A model generated the notes under the pieces. It searched no databases, had not been told where the DNA came from, and saw nothing but the letters and a program-made list of their open reading frames with translations. This document shows, piece after piece, positions 40,168 to 49,865 of a stretch of 64,000 bases of DNA. Numbering within the stretch: the stretch's first letter is position 1; each line of letters begins with the position of its first letter. The stretch lies in UHGV virus genome UHGV-0168042; one strand, 5' to 3'. The translations under genes were made by a program, and so were the position numbers. This DNA comes from a virus.

Positions 40168-40856
40168 TCCAGACTATGCATGAAGTGAATTTATATAGCC
40201 GTATTGATGGTTCTGGCTACAGAAACATATGGGTTGTTGGTGATCTGCATGGTTGCTACACCAGACTGATGTCCGAACTCCATCGTGTGGATTTTGACCC
40301 GGCGCAGGATTTACTGATATCGGTTGGCGACCTTATCGATCGCGGTACTGAAAATGTCGAATGTCTGGAACTATTGCAGATGCCCTGGTTCAGGGCAGTA
40401 ATGGGGAACCATGAGCGGTTGATGCTTGATGCGTTAAGTCCTGATGGCAACGTGAATAACTGGCTAATGAATGGCGGACAATGGTTCTTCATGCTGGGCA
40501 CTGATCAGGAAATATTAGCCAAGGCGCTGGTGGAGCTGGTAAAGCGTCTGCCATATATCATTGAGTTGAACACCGGGCATGAAACTATCGTTATAGCCCA
40601 TGCCGACTATCCAGGTGGAGAGTACCAGTTCGGTAAGGATGTGTCGTTTTTTGATGTTGTCTGGTCGCGCAGTCGCGTCGGTGATTCGATAGATGGCATT
40701 GGTGGAGAAATCACAGGCGCAGATCGCTTTATCTTTGGGCACACACCGGTACGAAGACCAAAAGCATACTGGAATCAGCACTACATAGACACGGGCGCGG
40801 TTTTTTGCGGAAATCTGACGCTAATGCAGGTGAAGGGAGGGCAGCTTAAAGTCTGA
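40164..40856 (+). CDS. Ser/Thr protein phosphatase (lambda PPase-like metallophosphoesterase)
   Basis: Metallophosphatase motifs GDLHGC, GDLIDRG, GNHE and collinear similarity to lambda PPase ([15 protein letters not shown]...[15 protein letters not shown]). Confidence 0.85.
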   Translation: MIQTMHEVNLYSRIDGSGYRNIWVVGDLHGCYTRLMSELHRVDFDPAQDLLISVGDLIDRGTENVECLELLQMPWFRAVMGNHERLMLDALSPDGNVNNWLMNGGQWFFMLGTDQEILAKALVELVKRLPYIIELNTGHETIVIAHADYPGGEYQFGKDVSFFDVVWSRSRVGDSIDGIGGEITGADRFIFGHTPVRRPKAYWNQHYIDTGAVFCGNLTLMQVKGGQLKV

Positions 40857-40880
40857 TCAAATCATTTACGCACTCAAAAT

Positions 40881-40916
40881 CACGTTAGAACATTGATTTT
40901 AGTTTTCTAACATATT
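40881..40916. promoter_or_regulatory. Operator-like palindrome CGTTAGAACATTGATTTTAGTTTTCTAACA upstream of the 40955 operon
   Basis: Motif family member. Confidence 0.4.
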
Positions 40917-40954
40917 ATTTTACCGATCGGAACAAAACAGAGTCGGTATGCATT

Positions 40955-41950
40955 ATGAGTGCAATAATCACCCCATATGTCGTAAATGAAACTGGTGTGG
41001 CTGTCTTTCCTGTAGATAAGCCCACCAGCAATTACATCGGCGCAGGACGCCGTTTTCTTATATCCCCATTGCCGCGTGAACAGGCTGAAAACACCCCTGA
41101 TGGTGTCGTTGACCTGAATTATTCACTGGTTGCCAACCAGTCACTGGCACCCTTTTTTCAAAGTGAGCGTGTATTTAACGCGTTAGGTGGTGAGGATTCT
41201 CTCGTTCACTGGGTTAGCACCAACATTCACGATTGCCAGGCGCATGATAAGCGCGATTGCAGCCACCAGCTAACCACCCATTTCTATAACGGTTCTGCCG
41301 TTCGCCTGTGCTGGAAGCATGATGCGGAATACATGATGAAGGGATACGGCAAGCTGGAAGACCAACTGTCACGGAATCGCGCCAACTGGATTATGAACTG
41401 GGCTGCCAGCGAGTTAAAACTTCCGCCAGATCGCGATCTGAGCATGGTTGAACTCACCTTTTGGGCCATTCGCCGGAATCTTAAAGACGAACTGCCTGAT
41501 GAAGCTGGTCGCATTGCATTTTGTCAGCCAAAAACTGAAATCCCTACCGGTACGCTGAAAGAATCAGATATCACCTGGGAGCACAGTACCCGCGAGCTGG
41601 TGGACATAACCGCAGAGCAGATCGTCAACCTGTCTGTAGATGAGGATTCCGGCCTGCTTTATATGCGCCGACCAAAAGCGGTCCTCGGTAAAAGCCCGGC
41701 TTATCTCCGGTTTGTGGTTTCTCGTCCGTGCATCGGATGCGGTGGCAAAGTTAACCACCCGTTCATGTACCGCGCCCGCTCGTTAAACGAACACGACCGC
41801 TGGGCTGTTCCTCTTTGCGATGACTGCGCCAGAAGCGCAGAAAACGATGTTCGGGCATGGGAAAAAGCACATGGCATACGCCTTTACGTAGCCGCTAACC
41901 AGCTTTTTGACTTCGCCATCGAGCGCGGAGTGATCACGTTCAATAACTGA
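40955..41950 (+). CDS. Phage protein with C-terminal Cys-rich motif (DUF968-like)
   Basis: CIGCGGKVNHPF...VPLCDDCARSAEN; family assignment from recall, low certainty. Confidence 0.4.
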   Translation: MSAIITPYVVNETGVAVFPVDKPTSNYIGAGRRFLISPLPREQAENTPDGVVDLNYSLVANQSLAPFFQSERVFNALGGEDSLVHWVSTNIHDCQAHDKRDCSHQLTTHFYNGSAVRLCWKHDAEYMMKGYGKLEDQLSRNRANWIMNWAASELKLPPDRDLSMVELTFWAIRRNLKDELPDEAGRIAFCQPKTEIPTGTLKESDITWEHSTRELVDITAEQIVNLSVDEDSGLLYMRRPKAVLGKSPAYLRFVVSRPCIGCGGKVNHPFMYRARSLNEHDRWAVPLCDDCARSAENDVRAWEKAHGIRLYVAANQLFDFAIERGVITFNN

Positions 41951-41954
41951 TGAG

Positions 41955-42647
41955 GTGGATCAAAAAATGAAAGAACGCGGGATGATTTTTAACGATGAGA
42001 TGGTCAGGGCCATCCTCGAAGGAAGGAAGACGCAGACTCGCCGACCTGTAAAAAATGTCAGGGCCGATAACTGCCTAGTTATCCGTAAACCGACAAAGAA
42101 ACGCAATGGTGTCTATACCCACGTTATGGATGCACCTGAACATGGTTTATGCCCGTTCGGTAACGTTGGTGATCGCATATGGGTCCGTGAGGCGTGGGCG
42201 ATATTAGGCAATGAGGATGGTTGCAGTGTGGACTGGAACGACAACCTTTGTCGTGGCGATGAGAAGAACGCAGCAAGGATTTATCGGGCCAGTTGTGAGC
42301 AAAAGCCTGGTGATTACGGTTTGTGGTCGATACCCGATGATGCCGACTGGAAACCTCACACTGTGAATGAAAAGTTTGATGGCGGGTGGCGTCCATCAAT
42401 TCACATGCCGCGCTGGGCTTCGCGTATTTTGCTGGAAATTACCGACGTGCGTGTGGAACGGCTGCGTGATATGAGCGAGGCAGATGCTAAAGCAGAAGGC
42501 GCATCTCCGGCGATGTACAAAATTACGCCGCCGGAAGCTGTTTATCGCGTTGGTTTTGGTGACATCTGGCGCAGTATTTACGGGCAGGATAACTGGCTAT
42601 CTAACCCGTGGGTATGGGTAATCGAGTTTAAGCGCGTTCAGGAATAA
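41955..42647 (+). CDS. Hypothetical protein (230 aa), ASCH/PUA-like N-terminus possible
   Basis: MIFNDEMVRAILEGRKTQTRRP pattern common in prophage genes. Confidence 0.4.
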   Translation: MDQKMKERGMIFNDEMVRAILEGRKTQTRRPVKNVRADNCLVIRKPTKKRNGVYTHVMDAPEHGLCPFGNVGDRIWVREAWAILGNEDGCSVDWNDNLCRGDEKNAARIYRASCEQKPGDYGLWSIPDDADWKPHTVNEKFDGGWRPSIHMPRWASRILLEITDVRVERLRDMSEADAKAEGASPAMYKITPPEAVYRVGFGDIWRSIYGQDNWLSNPWVWVIEFKRVQE

Positions 42648-42650
42648 ACC

Positions 42651-43529
42651 GTGAGTATGCATCAAGTTGTCAGCTTTTCAGGTGGACGAACATCGGCTTA
42701 TCTCGTTCATCTGATGGAAGCACAGCGAAAAGCTGGCGCTAGCGTCCATTTCATTTTTATGGATACCGGCTGTGAACATCCTCTGACGTATCGCTTTATT
42801 CGTGAGGTTGTGAAGTTCTGGAATGTACCGCTAACGGTGTTGCAGGTCGATATAAATCCAGAACTTGGGCAGCCAAATGGTTATACGGAATGGGAACCAA
42901 AGGATATTCAGACGCGAATGCCGGTGCTTAAACCGTTTATGGACATGGTTAAAAAGTACGGTACGCCATACATCGGCGGCGCGTTCTGTACTGACAGGCT
43001 AAAACTAACCCCTTTCACGAAATATTGCGATGACCATTTTGGGCGAGGGAATTACATCACATGGCTGGGTATTCGTGCGGACGAACCCCGTAGGCTGAAA
43101 CCGAAACCGGGCGTCCGGTATCTTGCCGAGCTGTCAGATTTTGATAAGTCGGATGTTATCCGGTGGTGGCGAAAACAACCTTTTGATTTGCAAATCCCGG
43201 AGCACCTCGGGAACTGTGTTTTTTGCATCAAAAAGTCAACGCAAAAGCTGGGGCTTGCATGTAAAGACGAACCAGGTCTGATGCGGGTTTTTAATGAACT
43301 GGTTACAGGCAAACACGTCAGGGATGGTCATCGCAGAACAGATAAAGACGTTATGTACCGTGGTCACCTGACGCTTGACGGGATTGCCAGAATGTATGCC
43401 GACAGCGACTACAGAAATTTGTATCAGGCGATGGTGCAGGCCAAGCGGTTTGATACTGGTTCGTGTTCCGAATCATGTGAAATCTGGGGTGACCAATTGG
43501 AGTTGAAATTCGAAGAGGTAGTGGCATGA
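42651..43529 (+). CDS. PAPS reductase-family (PP-loop ATP pyrophosphatase) protein
   Basis: PP-loop SFSGGRTS near N-terminus, C-terminal Cys cluster. Confidence 0.7.
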   Translation: MSMHQVVSFSGGRTSAYLVHLMEAQRKAGASVHFIFMDTGCEHPLTYRFIREVVKFWNVPLTVLQVDINPELGQPNGYTEWEPKDIQTRMPVLKPFMDMVKKYGTPYIGGAFCTDRLKLTPFTKYCDDHFGRGNYITWLGIRADEPRRLKPKPGVRYLAELSDFDKSDVIRWWRKQPFDLQIPEHLGNCVFCIKKSTQKLGLACKDEPGLMRVFNELVTGKHVRDGHRRTDKDVMYRGHLTLDGIARMYADSDYRNLYQAMVQAKRFDTGSCSESCEIWGDQLELKFEEVVA

Positions 43530-44035
43530 CAAACAAAATTGACTATCAAAAGCTTCGTGAAATTGCTGAAAAAACAAAAATTGCTGGTGAAGCGCCTGTA
43601 ATGCCTTTCGATCAGCGAATTAATGCGCTTAACGATTTTATGAAGCACTTTTCGCCAGATATCGCGTTGGCATTATTGGATGAAGTTAAACGCCTGGAGG
43701 ACACAAATATTGATGCTATGTGTCGAATTGCAGAGCTTGAGACTAATCTCGCGGCGCTGGCAGCGGAGAATGAGCTGGCTCGTAAGGCAGTTCAGGCATT
43801 CTGCGATGTTGTTGGCGACAACACCGAGGTTATCGCTGAGGTGGTTGGGCGAGATGGCGTTCTGGTTATTTTGGAGGCCATGAAGGCAACAGGAAATATG
43901 CCAGCCACCGATGCTTTCCTGGCTGAAGTACGGGCGCAGGGCGTGGAGATGTTTGCGGAGTGTGCATACACGCTTGAACATCATGATCACGCAGTAGCCT
44001 TCGCCGCTGAGCTTCGCAAAGGAGGCAACCAGTGA
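43526..44035 (+). CDS. Ea22-like family protein, paralog D
   Basis: IDYQKLREIAEK N-terminus, RIAELETNLAALAAENELARK, PATDAFLAEVRAQGV...AAELRKGGNQ. Confidence 0.55.
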   Translation: MTNKIDYQKLREIAEKTKIAGEAPVMPFDQRINALNDFMKHFSPDIALALLDEVKRLEDTNIDAMCRIAELETNLAALAAENELARKAVQAFCDVVGDNTEVIAEVVGRDGVLVILEAMKATGNMPATDAFLAEVRAQGVEMFAECAYTLEHHDHAVAFAAELRKGGNQ

Positions 44036-44727
44036 GCAAGATTGACTATCAAGAACTGCGCGAGGCGGCGGAGAAGGCTACGAAAGGTAAGTGGGCTGTT
44101 GAATTCGACGATGAGATTTACTCCACTGACGGCATAAACCATGAGCAAATAGCTATGGTGTTCAGTGAAAACGAATCTCGTGATGCTGAATTCATCGCCG
44201 CAGCCAATCCGGCTACCGTCTTGGCGCTGCTGGATGAACGGGAAAGAAACCAGCAATACATCAAACGCCGCGACCAGGAGAACGAGGATATTGCGCTAAC
44301 GGTAGGGAAACTGCGTGTTGAGCTGGAAGGCAAAGACAGCAAAATAGCCAATCTTACCGCCGAACGCGATGCTCTTCGTGAAGGTGAGATGGGCGACGCT
44401 AGGCATAGCAACACACGGGCCGCAGCTGATATCTACTTCCAACTGGTCGAGGAGTGCGAAATTCCTGCTGGCGGATCTCTGGTCGAGTACGTTGACGATA
44501 TGCGCGAGAAGCTGGAAGCCGCAGAGAAGCGCATTGCAGAGTTAGAAAGTGGTTCTCAGGCACAAAAGTTAGTTGAAGCAATCATTGTTGCGATAGAAAA
44601 CGAACAGGAAAGGCTTTTTGATGAAGATTACCTAATGGATTCGAAAGAATGCATTGACGTAATTCGTGAAGAAGTAAAGCGATGGAATGATTCCCGCGCC
44701 GCTGGCATTCGCATCAAAGGAGAGTGA
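44032..44727 (+). CDS. Ea22-like family protein, paralog E (divergent C-terminus)
   Basis: IDYQELREAAEKATKGKW N-terminus, coiled coil RIAELES. Confidence 0.5.
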   Translation: MSKIDYQELREAAEKATKGKWAVEFDDEIYSTDGINHEQIAMVFSENESRDAEFIAAANPATVLALLDERERNQQYIKRRDQENEDIALTVGKLRVELEGKDSKIANLTAERDALREGEMGDARHSNTRAAADIYFQLVEECEIPAGGSLVEYVDDMREKLEAAEKRIAELESGSQAQKLVEAIIVAIENEQERLFDEDYLMDSKECIDVIREEVKRWNDSRAAGIRIKGE

Positions 44728-44728
44728 T

Positions 44729-44992
44729 ATGGCAACTTTGACAAAAAAAGAACAAGCATGGTTGAGCGAATTACAGGACGTTCTTGATCGCTGCCCATCA
44801 CCGAAAAAAATTGGTTTTTACACCATTGGCGATAAAAGCATTTACCTGTATGACCTGCGCCGCATGGATGAAATCATGGAGGCTCTTGATAATCGTTCGT
44901 CAATGGATTGGTGTGTTGCTGTTCATGATATGAATGCCGGATTTGATGAAAAGATTTTATTCCCCTCATCAGTTGAAAGCACTGCGGGTTAA
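44729..44992 (+). CDS. Hypothetical protein (about 87 aa from ATG 44729)
   Basis: Track ORF 44687-44992; internal start MATLTKKEQ follows preceding stop. Confidence 0.4.
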   Translation: MATLTKKEQAWLSELQDVLDRCPSPKKIGFYTIGDKSIYLYDLRRMDEIMEALDNRSSMDWCVAVHDMNAGFDEKILFPSSVESTAG

Positions 44993-45002
44993 GGAGTAAC
45001 AC

Positions 45003-46193
45003 ATGACCACTATTACCAAAGAACGTATTGAATTGTTCATTAAAAATCCGCTTGAAAACGGGCTTACCCGTGGTGAACAAATGGAACTGGCACGGATTGC
45101 GCTGGCATCGCTGGAAGCAGATCCAGTTAAACGAGTTAACTCAGATCAGATGCGCCGAGTCTGCTTAGAAGCTAATCGCCATTTAGATAAATATGACGCG
45201 ATGGCGAAAGAGGTAAATAAGTTGCTTGGCCGCATCGCCCCGCCAGCGCCGGTAGTGCCGGAAGAAATCAGTACGACCCACACAATGCTGCCCGCCATGA
45301 GTGATCAGTTGATGGCGTTCGGTTATGTGAAGGGGTGGAATGCCTGCCGCGCGGCTATGCTTCATGCCGGAAACTTTCGGAAAAACGCGAATTCGTCAAC
45401 CAATAATTTTCGGGATATTGCGGAAACGTCAACCAACTCTCCGGTAATTCCTGGTGAGGTGTTGTCCGCAATCCTGAAGTTTGCCAGAGTTCGTGCTGAT
45501 TTCGATGATTTTGACGGCGACAGACGAGGTATCGGTGATTGTCTGGATGAGGCTGAGCAAGAGCTTATCGTTACCATTAACAAATATGCCAGCCAGTTGG
45601 CAGCAGAACCGATAGCGACTAATGACGTTCGAGAGCAGCAGACAGCCGTTCCACCAATACAGGCTGATGTCGCACAAGCAATTGAAAATCTCAAGCAGAA
45701 GTTAGTGGAATGCAATCGCTATAACTACTGCGCAGATGCAGTTAAAGGCGTAGAGGATGCCTGCCGTGCTGTTAGCTATAGCCAAGCCGACAATCAACCA
45801 GCATCTGGCAACCAGGCTGCCGAATCCAATCGCGGTAATGAGTGGACCGGCAATCCTGATATTGATAACGCCATCATCATGCTCGACCGCATAGATACGC
45901 TGGAAAATTGCGATGATGACCGTATTGAGGCTGTTAAGGCTGTTTTGCGCAGACTGGCTGTCAACTCTCCGGTAACTCCGGATGGCTGGATAAGCTGTAG
46001 TGAGCGAATGCCGGATACCAAAACAGCCGTTCTTGTTGCCGTGGAGTTTGACAGGAAAGGTGACTGGCGAATGAAATGGGCGACTTACATCCCTGGTCAT
46101 CCTGACGCTAATGATGGGTGGATAATTCCTGGTGCGTCGTGGAAACCGTCACACTGGATGCAGCTACCAGAACCGCCACAGGAGGCGAAATGA
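45003..46193 (+). CDS. Hypothetical protein with DUF551-like C-terminal domain (396 aa)
   Basis: C-terminal GWISCSERMPDTKTAVLVA...WKPSHWMQLPEPP pattern typical of DUF551 prophage proteins. Confidence 0.5.
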   Translation: MTTITKERIELFIKNPLENGLTRGEQMELARIALASLEADPVKRVNSDQMRRVCLEANRHLDKYDAMAKEVNKLLGRIAPPAPVVPEEISTTHTMLPAMSDQLMAFGYVKGWNACRAAMLHAGNFRKNANSSTNNFRDIAETSTNSPVIPGEVLSAILKFARVRADFDDFDGDRRGIGDCLDEAEQELIVTINKYASQLAAEPIATNDVREQQTAVPPIQADVAQAIENLKQKLVECNRYNYCADAVKGVEDACRAVSYSQADNQPASGNQAAESNRGNEWTGNPDIDNAIIMLDRIDTLENCDDDRIEAVKAVLRRLAVNSPVTPDGWISCSERMPDTKTAVLVAVEFDRKGDWRMKWATYIPGHPDANDGWIIPGASWKPSHWMQLPEPPQEAK

Positions 46194-46450
46194 TGGATGT
46201 AAAAGAGAAGGTTTTGCAGGTGATGCGTTCCCGTGCTGCCCTACAAGAGAAAGCTCTCGGCGGTGAATATCCATTCACGATAGCAACCTGGAATCTGCGG
46301 TTGGCAATGGAGAAGGAATTTCCTGATGAAGAATGGCGTTCGGCAGATTTGCGCAAAATTCTTATGGAGCTGGCTAAAGACGGAACAGTATCCAAAGATA
46401 CCCATGCCAGCCGGATTGGTCAGGCGGTATGGAGACTGGAGGTGAGGTAA
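46190..46450 (+). CDS. Hypothetical protein (about 86 aa)
   Basis: Track ORF 46118-46450; start refined to MMDVKEK overlapping preceding stop. Confidence 0.4.
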   Translation: MMDVKEKVLQVMRSRAALQEKALGGEYPFTIATWNLRLAMEKEFPDEEWRSADLRKILMELAKDGTVSKDTHASRIGQAVWRLEVR

Positions 46451-46731
46451 TGGCTAACCTGCAACTTGCCGTTAAAGGTGAATACTTCGATGCCATGATT
46501 CGAGGGGAGAAAACGGAAGAGTATCGCCTGTGTAATGACTACTGGAATAAGCGCCTCGTTAACCGTAAGTATGACCGCCTGATTATCACAAAGGGATATC
46601 CGAAGCGCGAAGACTTCAGTCGCAGAATTGACGTCCCGTATAACGGATATGAAATAAAAACAATCACACATCCGCACTTCGGTGATAAACCGGTAAAGGT
46701 GTTCGCGATAAAAGTGAAGATTAATAGCTAA
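46450..46731 (+). CDS. Hypothetical protein (about 93 aa)
   Basis: Track ORF 46429-46731; start refined to MANLQLAVKG after a GAGG RBS. Confidence 0.4.
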   Translation: MANLQLAVKGEYFDAMIRGEKTEEYRLCNDYWNKRLVNRKYDRLIITKGYPKREDFSRRIDVPYNGYEIKTITHPHFGDKPVKVFAIKVKINS

Positions 46732-46754
46732 ATTTCAATTAACACGGAGTAATT

Positions 46755-47048
46755 ATGTGGCGCGGTAATAATCATGGCGGAAGCCAGATGATACTTACCG
46801 AATATACTTTCGACCACAAAACCAATAAATCACGTTCAGTATATTTGCTTCGGCACAATAGCCGCGTAAGAAATACCGTGCTGGAGCAAAATCTGACCGT
46901 CGAAATGGATAATTTAGGAAGCTTCAAGCCAACAATATCGCTTGATGATTTTCCGTGTGGTTTAAGCGAAAGAGAAGCAATGCTGAAATTAGCAGAATGG
47001 TTACAAAGATTAAGCATTGCTATTGAAGATAACTGGATTCAACCATAA
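46755..47048 (+). CDS. Hypothetical protein (97 aa)
   Basis: Complete ORF. Confidence 0.4.
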   Translation: MWRGNNHGGSQMILTEYTFDHKTNKSRSVYLLRHNSRVRNTVLEQNLTVEMDNLGSFKPTISLDDFPCGLSEREAMLKLAEWLQRLSIAIEDNWIQP

Positions 47049-47072
47049 TGAAAAACAGAAAGAAAGATTGCT

Positions 47073-47282
47073 ATGGCAACATTTAGTAAATTCGCAGTAA
47101 TTATTATTTTATTAATTCCCCTCACTGTTACAGCAGGGGAACAGCAACATTGCACAAAAGAGAATGAACACCCTTTCATCGTTATTCAATGCGATGACGG
47201 AACGGTGACTGTGGTTAATGTAAGAAATGACCGTGTAGCTGTTTGCCGTAAAGGCGAACCATGCAAGGAAATAAAACTATGA
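47073..47282 (+). CDS. Small secreted Cys-containing protein (69 aa)
   Basis: Signal peptide FAVIIILLIPLTVTAG, four Cys in mature part. Confidence 0.4.
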   Translation: MATFSKFAVIIILLIPLTVTAGEQQHCTKENEHPFIVIQCDDGTVTVVNVRNDRVAVCRKGEPCKEIKL

Positions 47283-48028
47283 CAAGAATCACTAAAGAGC
47301 GTATTTCAGATATTATTTCCCGTATCGAAATGTATGGTCACGGTGCTGGATACACAGCAGATGAAGTATTGGAGCTTGCCAAAATAGCTTTAGCGCCTTG
47401 CAAGGATGGTAAAGCTATGACACTGATTGACTTGTTAGTGAAGGAATTATCTAAGGGGCGTGGATGGCCTGATGGAAAAGATTTTTGCCATCTATCCATT
47501 ACGATGCCAGGTAGTAGTCGCGCTACGGTTCTTTTTGGTACGCGCCATAAAAATTACCAATCATCAAAGAATTATTCCATTGATGGCATTATTTGCGATA
47601 TCAGTGACCTTGATCGCAGTGCGTTTACATCGGTTGTCACTCGTGAACAGTATGAAGCAGCTCGCATAGCGTCTCAGAAAGTCAAGTCTGAAAGTAAGGC
47701 TTACAAGTTAGATTTTGAGCAATGGCTGGAGCAGCAACGCGGGGAAATCGATGTGGACTGCGGTTGTGTGTCTGCGGAAACATTCATGCACTGGTTGCGG
47801 GTAGCTTATGAGGCTGGGAACCATCCGGTTCTTCCGGATAGTTCCCAACAAGCGCCCAGGAAAAGCGTAAAAACCACTCTGGAAAGAGGCTATCTTGAGG
47901 CCGCATTAAAGATTAAGCCGGGCCATACGCTAGGCGTCATTGATGCCATGTTGGTTCATGAAATGGCTAAGGCTTTATTGCCGCTGGTGGCTGATAAACA
48001 TGAGGCGGGCCATGCCAACGAAAGCTGA
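47261..48028 (+). CDS. Hypothetical protein (255 aa)
   Basis: Complete ORF. Confidence 0.45.
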   Translation: MQGNKTMTRITKERISDIISRIEMYGHGAGYTADEVLELAKIALAPCKDGKAMTLIDLLVKELSKGRGWPDGKDFCHLSITMPGSSRATVLFGTRHKNYQSSKNYSIDGIICDISDLDRSAFTSVVTREQYEAARIASQKVKSESKAYKLDFEQWLEQQRGEIDVDCGCVSAETFMHWLRVAYEAGNHPVLPDSSQQAPRKSVKTTLERGYLEAALKIKPGHTLGVIDAMLVHEMAKALLPLVADKHEAGHANES

Positions 48029-48296
48029 GTTACAGGCTCGCGTAGAGATTCTTGAAAAAGAAAATGCGAGTCTAAAAGGAATGCTGGCGCGGGCGGAAAG
48101 GGAATTATCAGGCAAATTATTGCCAGAAGAGCTGCCACCAGCAGATATACCTGATCGAGTGTCCTGGTGGATGAAGTATTTCCGTGCACCGTGGGAGGCG
48201 TTTTGGTGCTACGACCATCGCAGATGGTGTGATGAGCTTGATAGCAGTTTCCCCTATTTTGCGGAAGGGAACTCTTGCCCTGAATGTAGGAGTTAA
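48012..48296 (+). CDS. Hypothetical protein with coiled coil and C-terminal Cys-rich motif (about 94 aa)
   Basis: Track ORF 47940-48296; likely start MPTKAELQARVEILEKENASLK; C-terminal CYDHRRWC...CPEC. Confidence 0.35.
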   Translation: MPTKAELQARVEILEKENASLKGMLARAERELSGKLLPEELPPADIPDRVSWWMKYFRAPWEAFWCYDHRRWCDELDSSFPYFAEGNSCPECRS

Positions 48297-48528
48297 TGAT
48301 GACCGGCGAGCTTTATTTTAAAATGTTTCTCGTTAGGAGTGCAGTCAAAATTTTTGGGCAATACAGGATCGAGAGGAATGCGATTAGGCATAGCCAATTC
48401 CTTATTAACTGATTGGCAACGAGGTTGCGCTGATCCGTTGGTGATGAATAGTAGCAAAGCGCACAAAATCATCTGCGGTGGTTGATGTACATAACGCGTT
48501 TGCACCAAAGGTGTCTCTTTAATGTATA

Positions 48529-48544
48529 CTGTATAAATGAACAG
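48529..48544. promoter_or_regulatory. LexA (SOS) box CTGTATAAATGAACAG upstream of humD
   Basis: Exact CTGT-N8-ACAG with AT-rich spacer, about 22 bp upstream of the humD start. Confidence 0.75.
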
Positions 48545-48565
48545 TATTGTTGAGGTGAAAACGCT

Positions 48566-48955
48566 ATGGGCTTCCCTTCTCCTGCGGCGGATTATGTTGA
48601 AAGCAGAATTTCTCTTGATCAGCAACTAATCAGGCATCCATCAGCGACATACTTCATGCGGGCGGCAGACAGCCATCACCGTGAGGGAATATTGCAGGGT
48701 GCTTTGCTGGTGGTTGATTCTTCGCTTACTCCAGTTGATGGTTCGCTGCTTGTGTGCGCTATGGAGGGTGAATATCGCATAAAGAGATACAGGAAGTATC
48801 CGCGCCAGCACCTGGAGGATTTAAGCACCGGGAAGAAAGAGGCGTTACCAGTAGATGACGATGGATGCACGGGAAGTAATGCTGTTTTTGGTGTGATCAC
48901 TCATGTCATCAATGATGCCCGAAGTGGGGAGTTTGATGATTGTCCGGTTATTTAA
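48566..48955 (+). CDS. humD: UmuD'-like S24 peptidase-domain protein (HumD-like)
   Basis: Collinear with the UmuD C-terminal domain (GFPSPAADYVE...HPSATYF...GDIVIA/SLLVCAMEGE...VFGVITHVI); lacks the N-terminal cleavable part, as P1 HumD. Confidence 0.8.
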   Translation: MGFPSPAADYVESRISLDQQLIRHPSATYFMRAADSHHREGILQGALLVVDSSLTPVDGSLLVCAMEGEYRIKRYRKYPRQHLEDLSTGKKEALPVDDDGCTGSNAVFGVITHVINDARSGEFDDCPVI

Positions 48956-49027
48956 GCTGCAAAGTGCTGGTGCTTTATGCCTGTGAGGTTTATAATTGTG
49001 TACACATAATGAGTACACGAGGTGTTT

Positions 49028-49249
49028 ATGCAATCCATTAACTTCCGTACCGCGCGCGGCAACTTTTCTGAAGTGCTCAACAATGTTGAAGCCGGGGAAG
49101 AGGTTGAAATCACCCGCAGAGGCCGTGAGCCAGCAGTAATTGTCAGCAAGGCTACTTTCGAAGCCTACAAAAAAGCGGCGCTGGATGCTGAATTTGCATC
49201 CCTGTTTGACACCCTGGACTCCACCAACAAGGAACTGGTTAACCGATAA
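49028..49249 (+). CDS. phd: Phd antitoxin
   Basis: [73 protein letters not shown] matches P1 Phd as recalled. Confidence 0.9.
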   Translation: MQSINFRTARGNFSEVLNNVEAGEEVEITRRGREPAVIVSKATFEAYKKAALDAEFASLFDTLDSTNKELVNR

Positions 49250-49629
49250 TGAGGCATATATCACCGGAAGAACTTATTGCGCTTCATGATGCGAATATAA
49301 ACCGCTACGGCGGCCTGCCGGGAATGTCTGATCCGGGTAGGGCAGAGGCCATTATCGGGAGAGTTCAGGCCAGAGTTGCCTACGAAGAGATCACCGACCT
49401 TTTCGAAGTCTCCGCCACCTACCTGGTGGCTACAGCGAGAGGGCATATATTCAATGATGCCAATAAGCGTACCGCGCTAAACAGTGCGCTGCTATTTCTA
49501 CGCCGTAACGGGGTGCAGGTATTTGATTCACCTGAACTGGCAGACCTTACCGTAGGGACTGCGACTGGCGAGATATCTGTATCTACTGTCGCCGCCACGT
49601 TACGTAGATTGTATGGTTCTGCGGAGTAG
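49249..49629 (+). CDS. doc: Doc toxin (Fic-fold kinase)
   Basis: 126 aa with [15 protein letters not shown] Fic-like motif; start overlaps phd stop. Confidence 0.9.
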
Positions 49630-49831
49630 ATTAATGGCACGCAAATGCAACAAATTGTCCCATAAAGCGTTAAAGATGCTTCTTGATGGCGTGAGTCGCC
49701 GCGAGGTAAAGCAATACCTGGTTGGTAAGCAAATTGGTGCCAGGACCGCTATTGCTGTGTTATGCCGTCAGGAAATGGTTGTGCTTAAACAGAGAATGCT
49801 TGGTAGCAGACAAAGTGCTTCCAGTATTTGA
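49613..49831 (+). CDS. Hypothetical small basic protein (72 aa)
   Basis: ORF downstream of doc overlapping its end; may be spurious. Confidence 0.3.
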   Translation: MVLRSRLMARKCNKLSHKALKMLLDGVSRREVKQYLVGKQIGARTAIAVLCRQEMVVLKQRMLGSRQSASSI

Positions 49832-49832
49832 A

Positions 49833-49865
49833 AAGAAGCCCGCCATACCAAGCGGGCTTTTTGTT
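49833..49865. terminator. Bidirectional hairpin terminator between convergent operons
   Basis: aagcccgccataccaagcgggctt followed by T run. Confidence 0.6.

Noticed and set aside
48293-48625. Minus-strand 110-aa ORF
   Set aside because: Runs antisense across the LexA box, promoter and 5' end of humD; most likely spurious.
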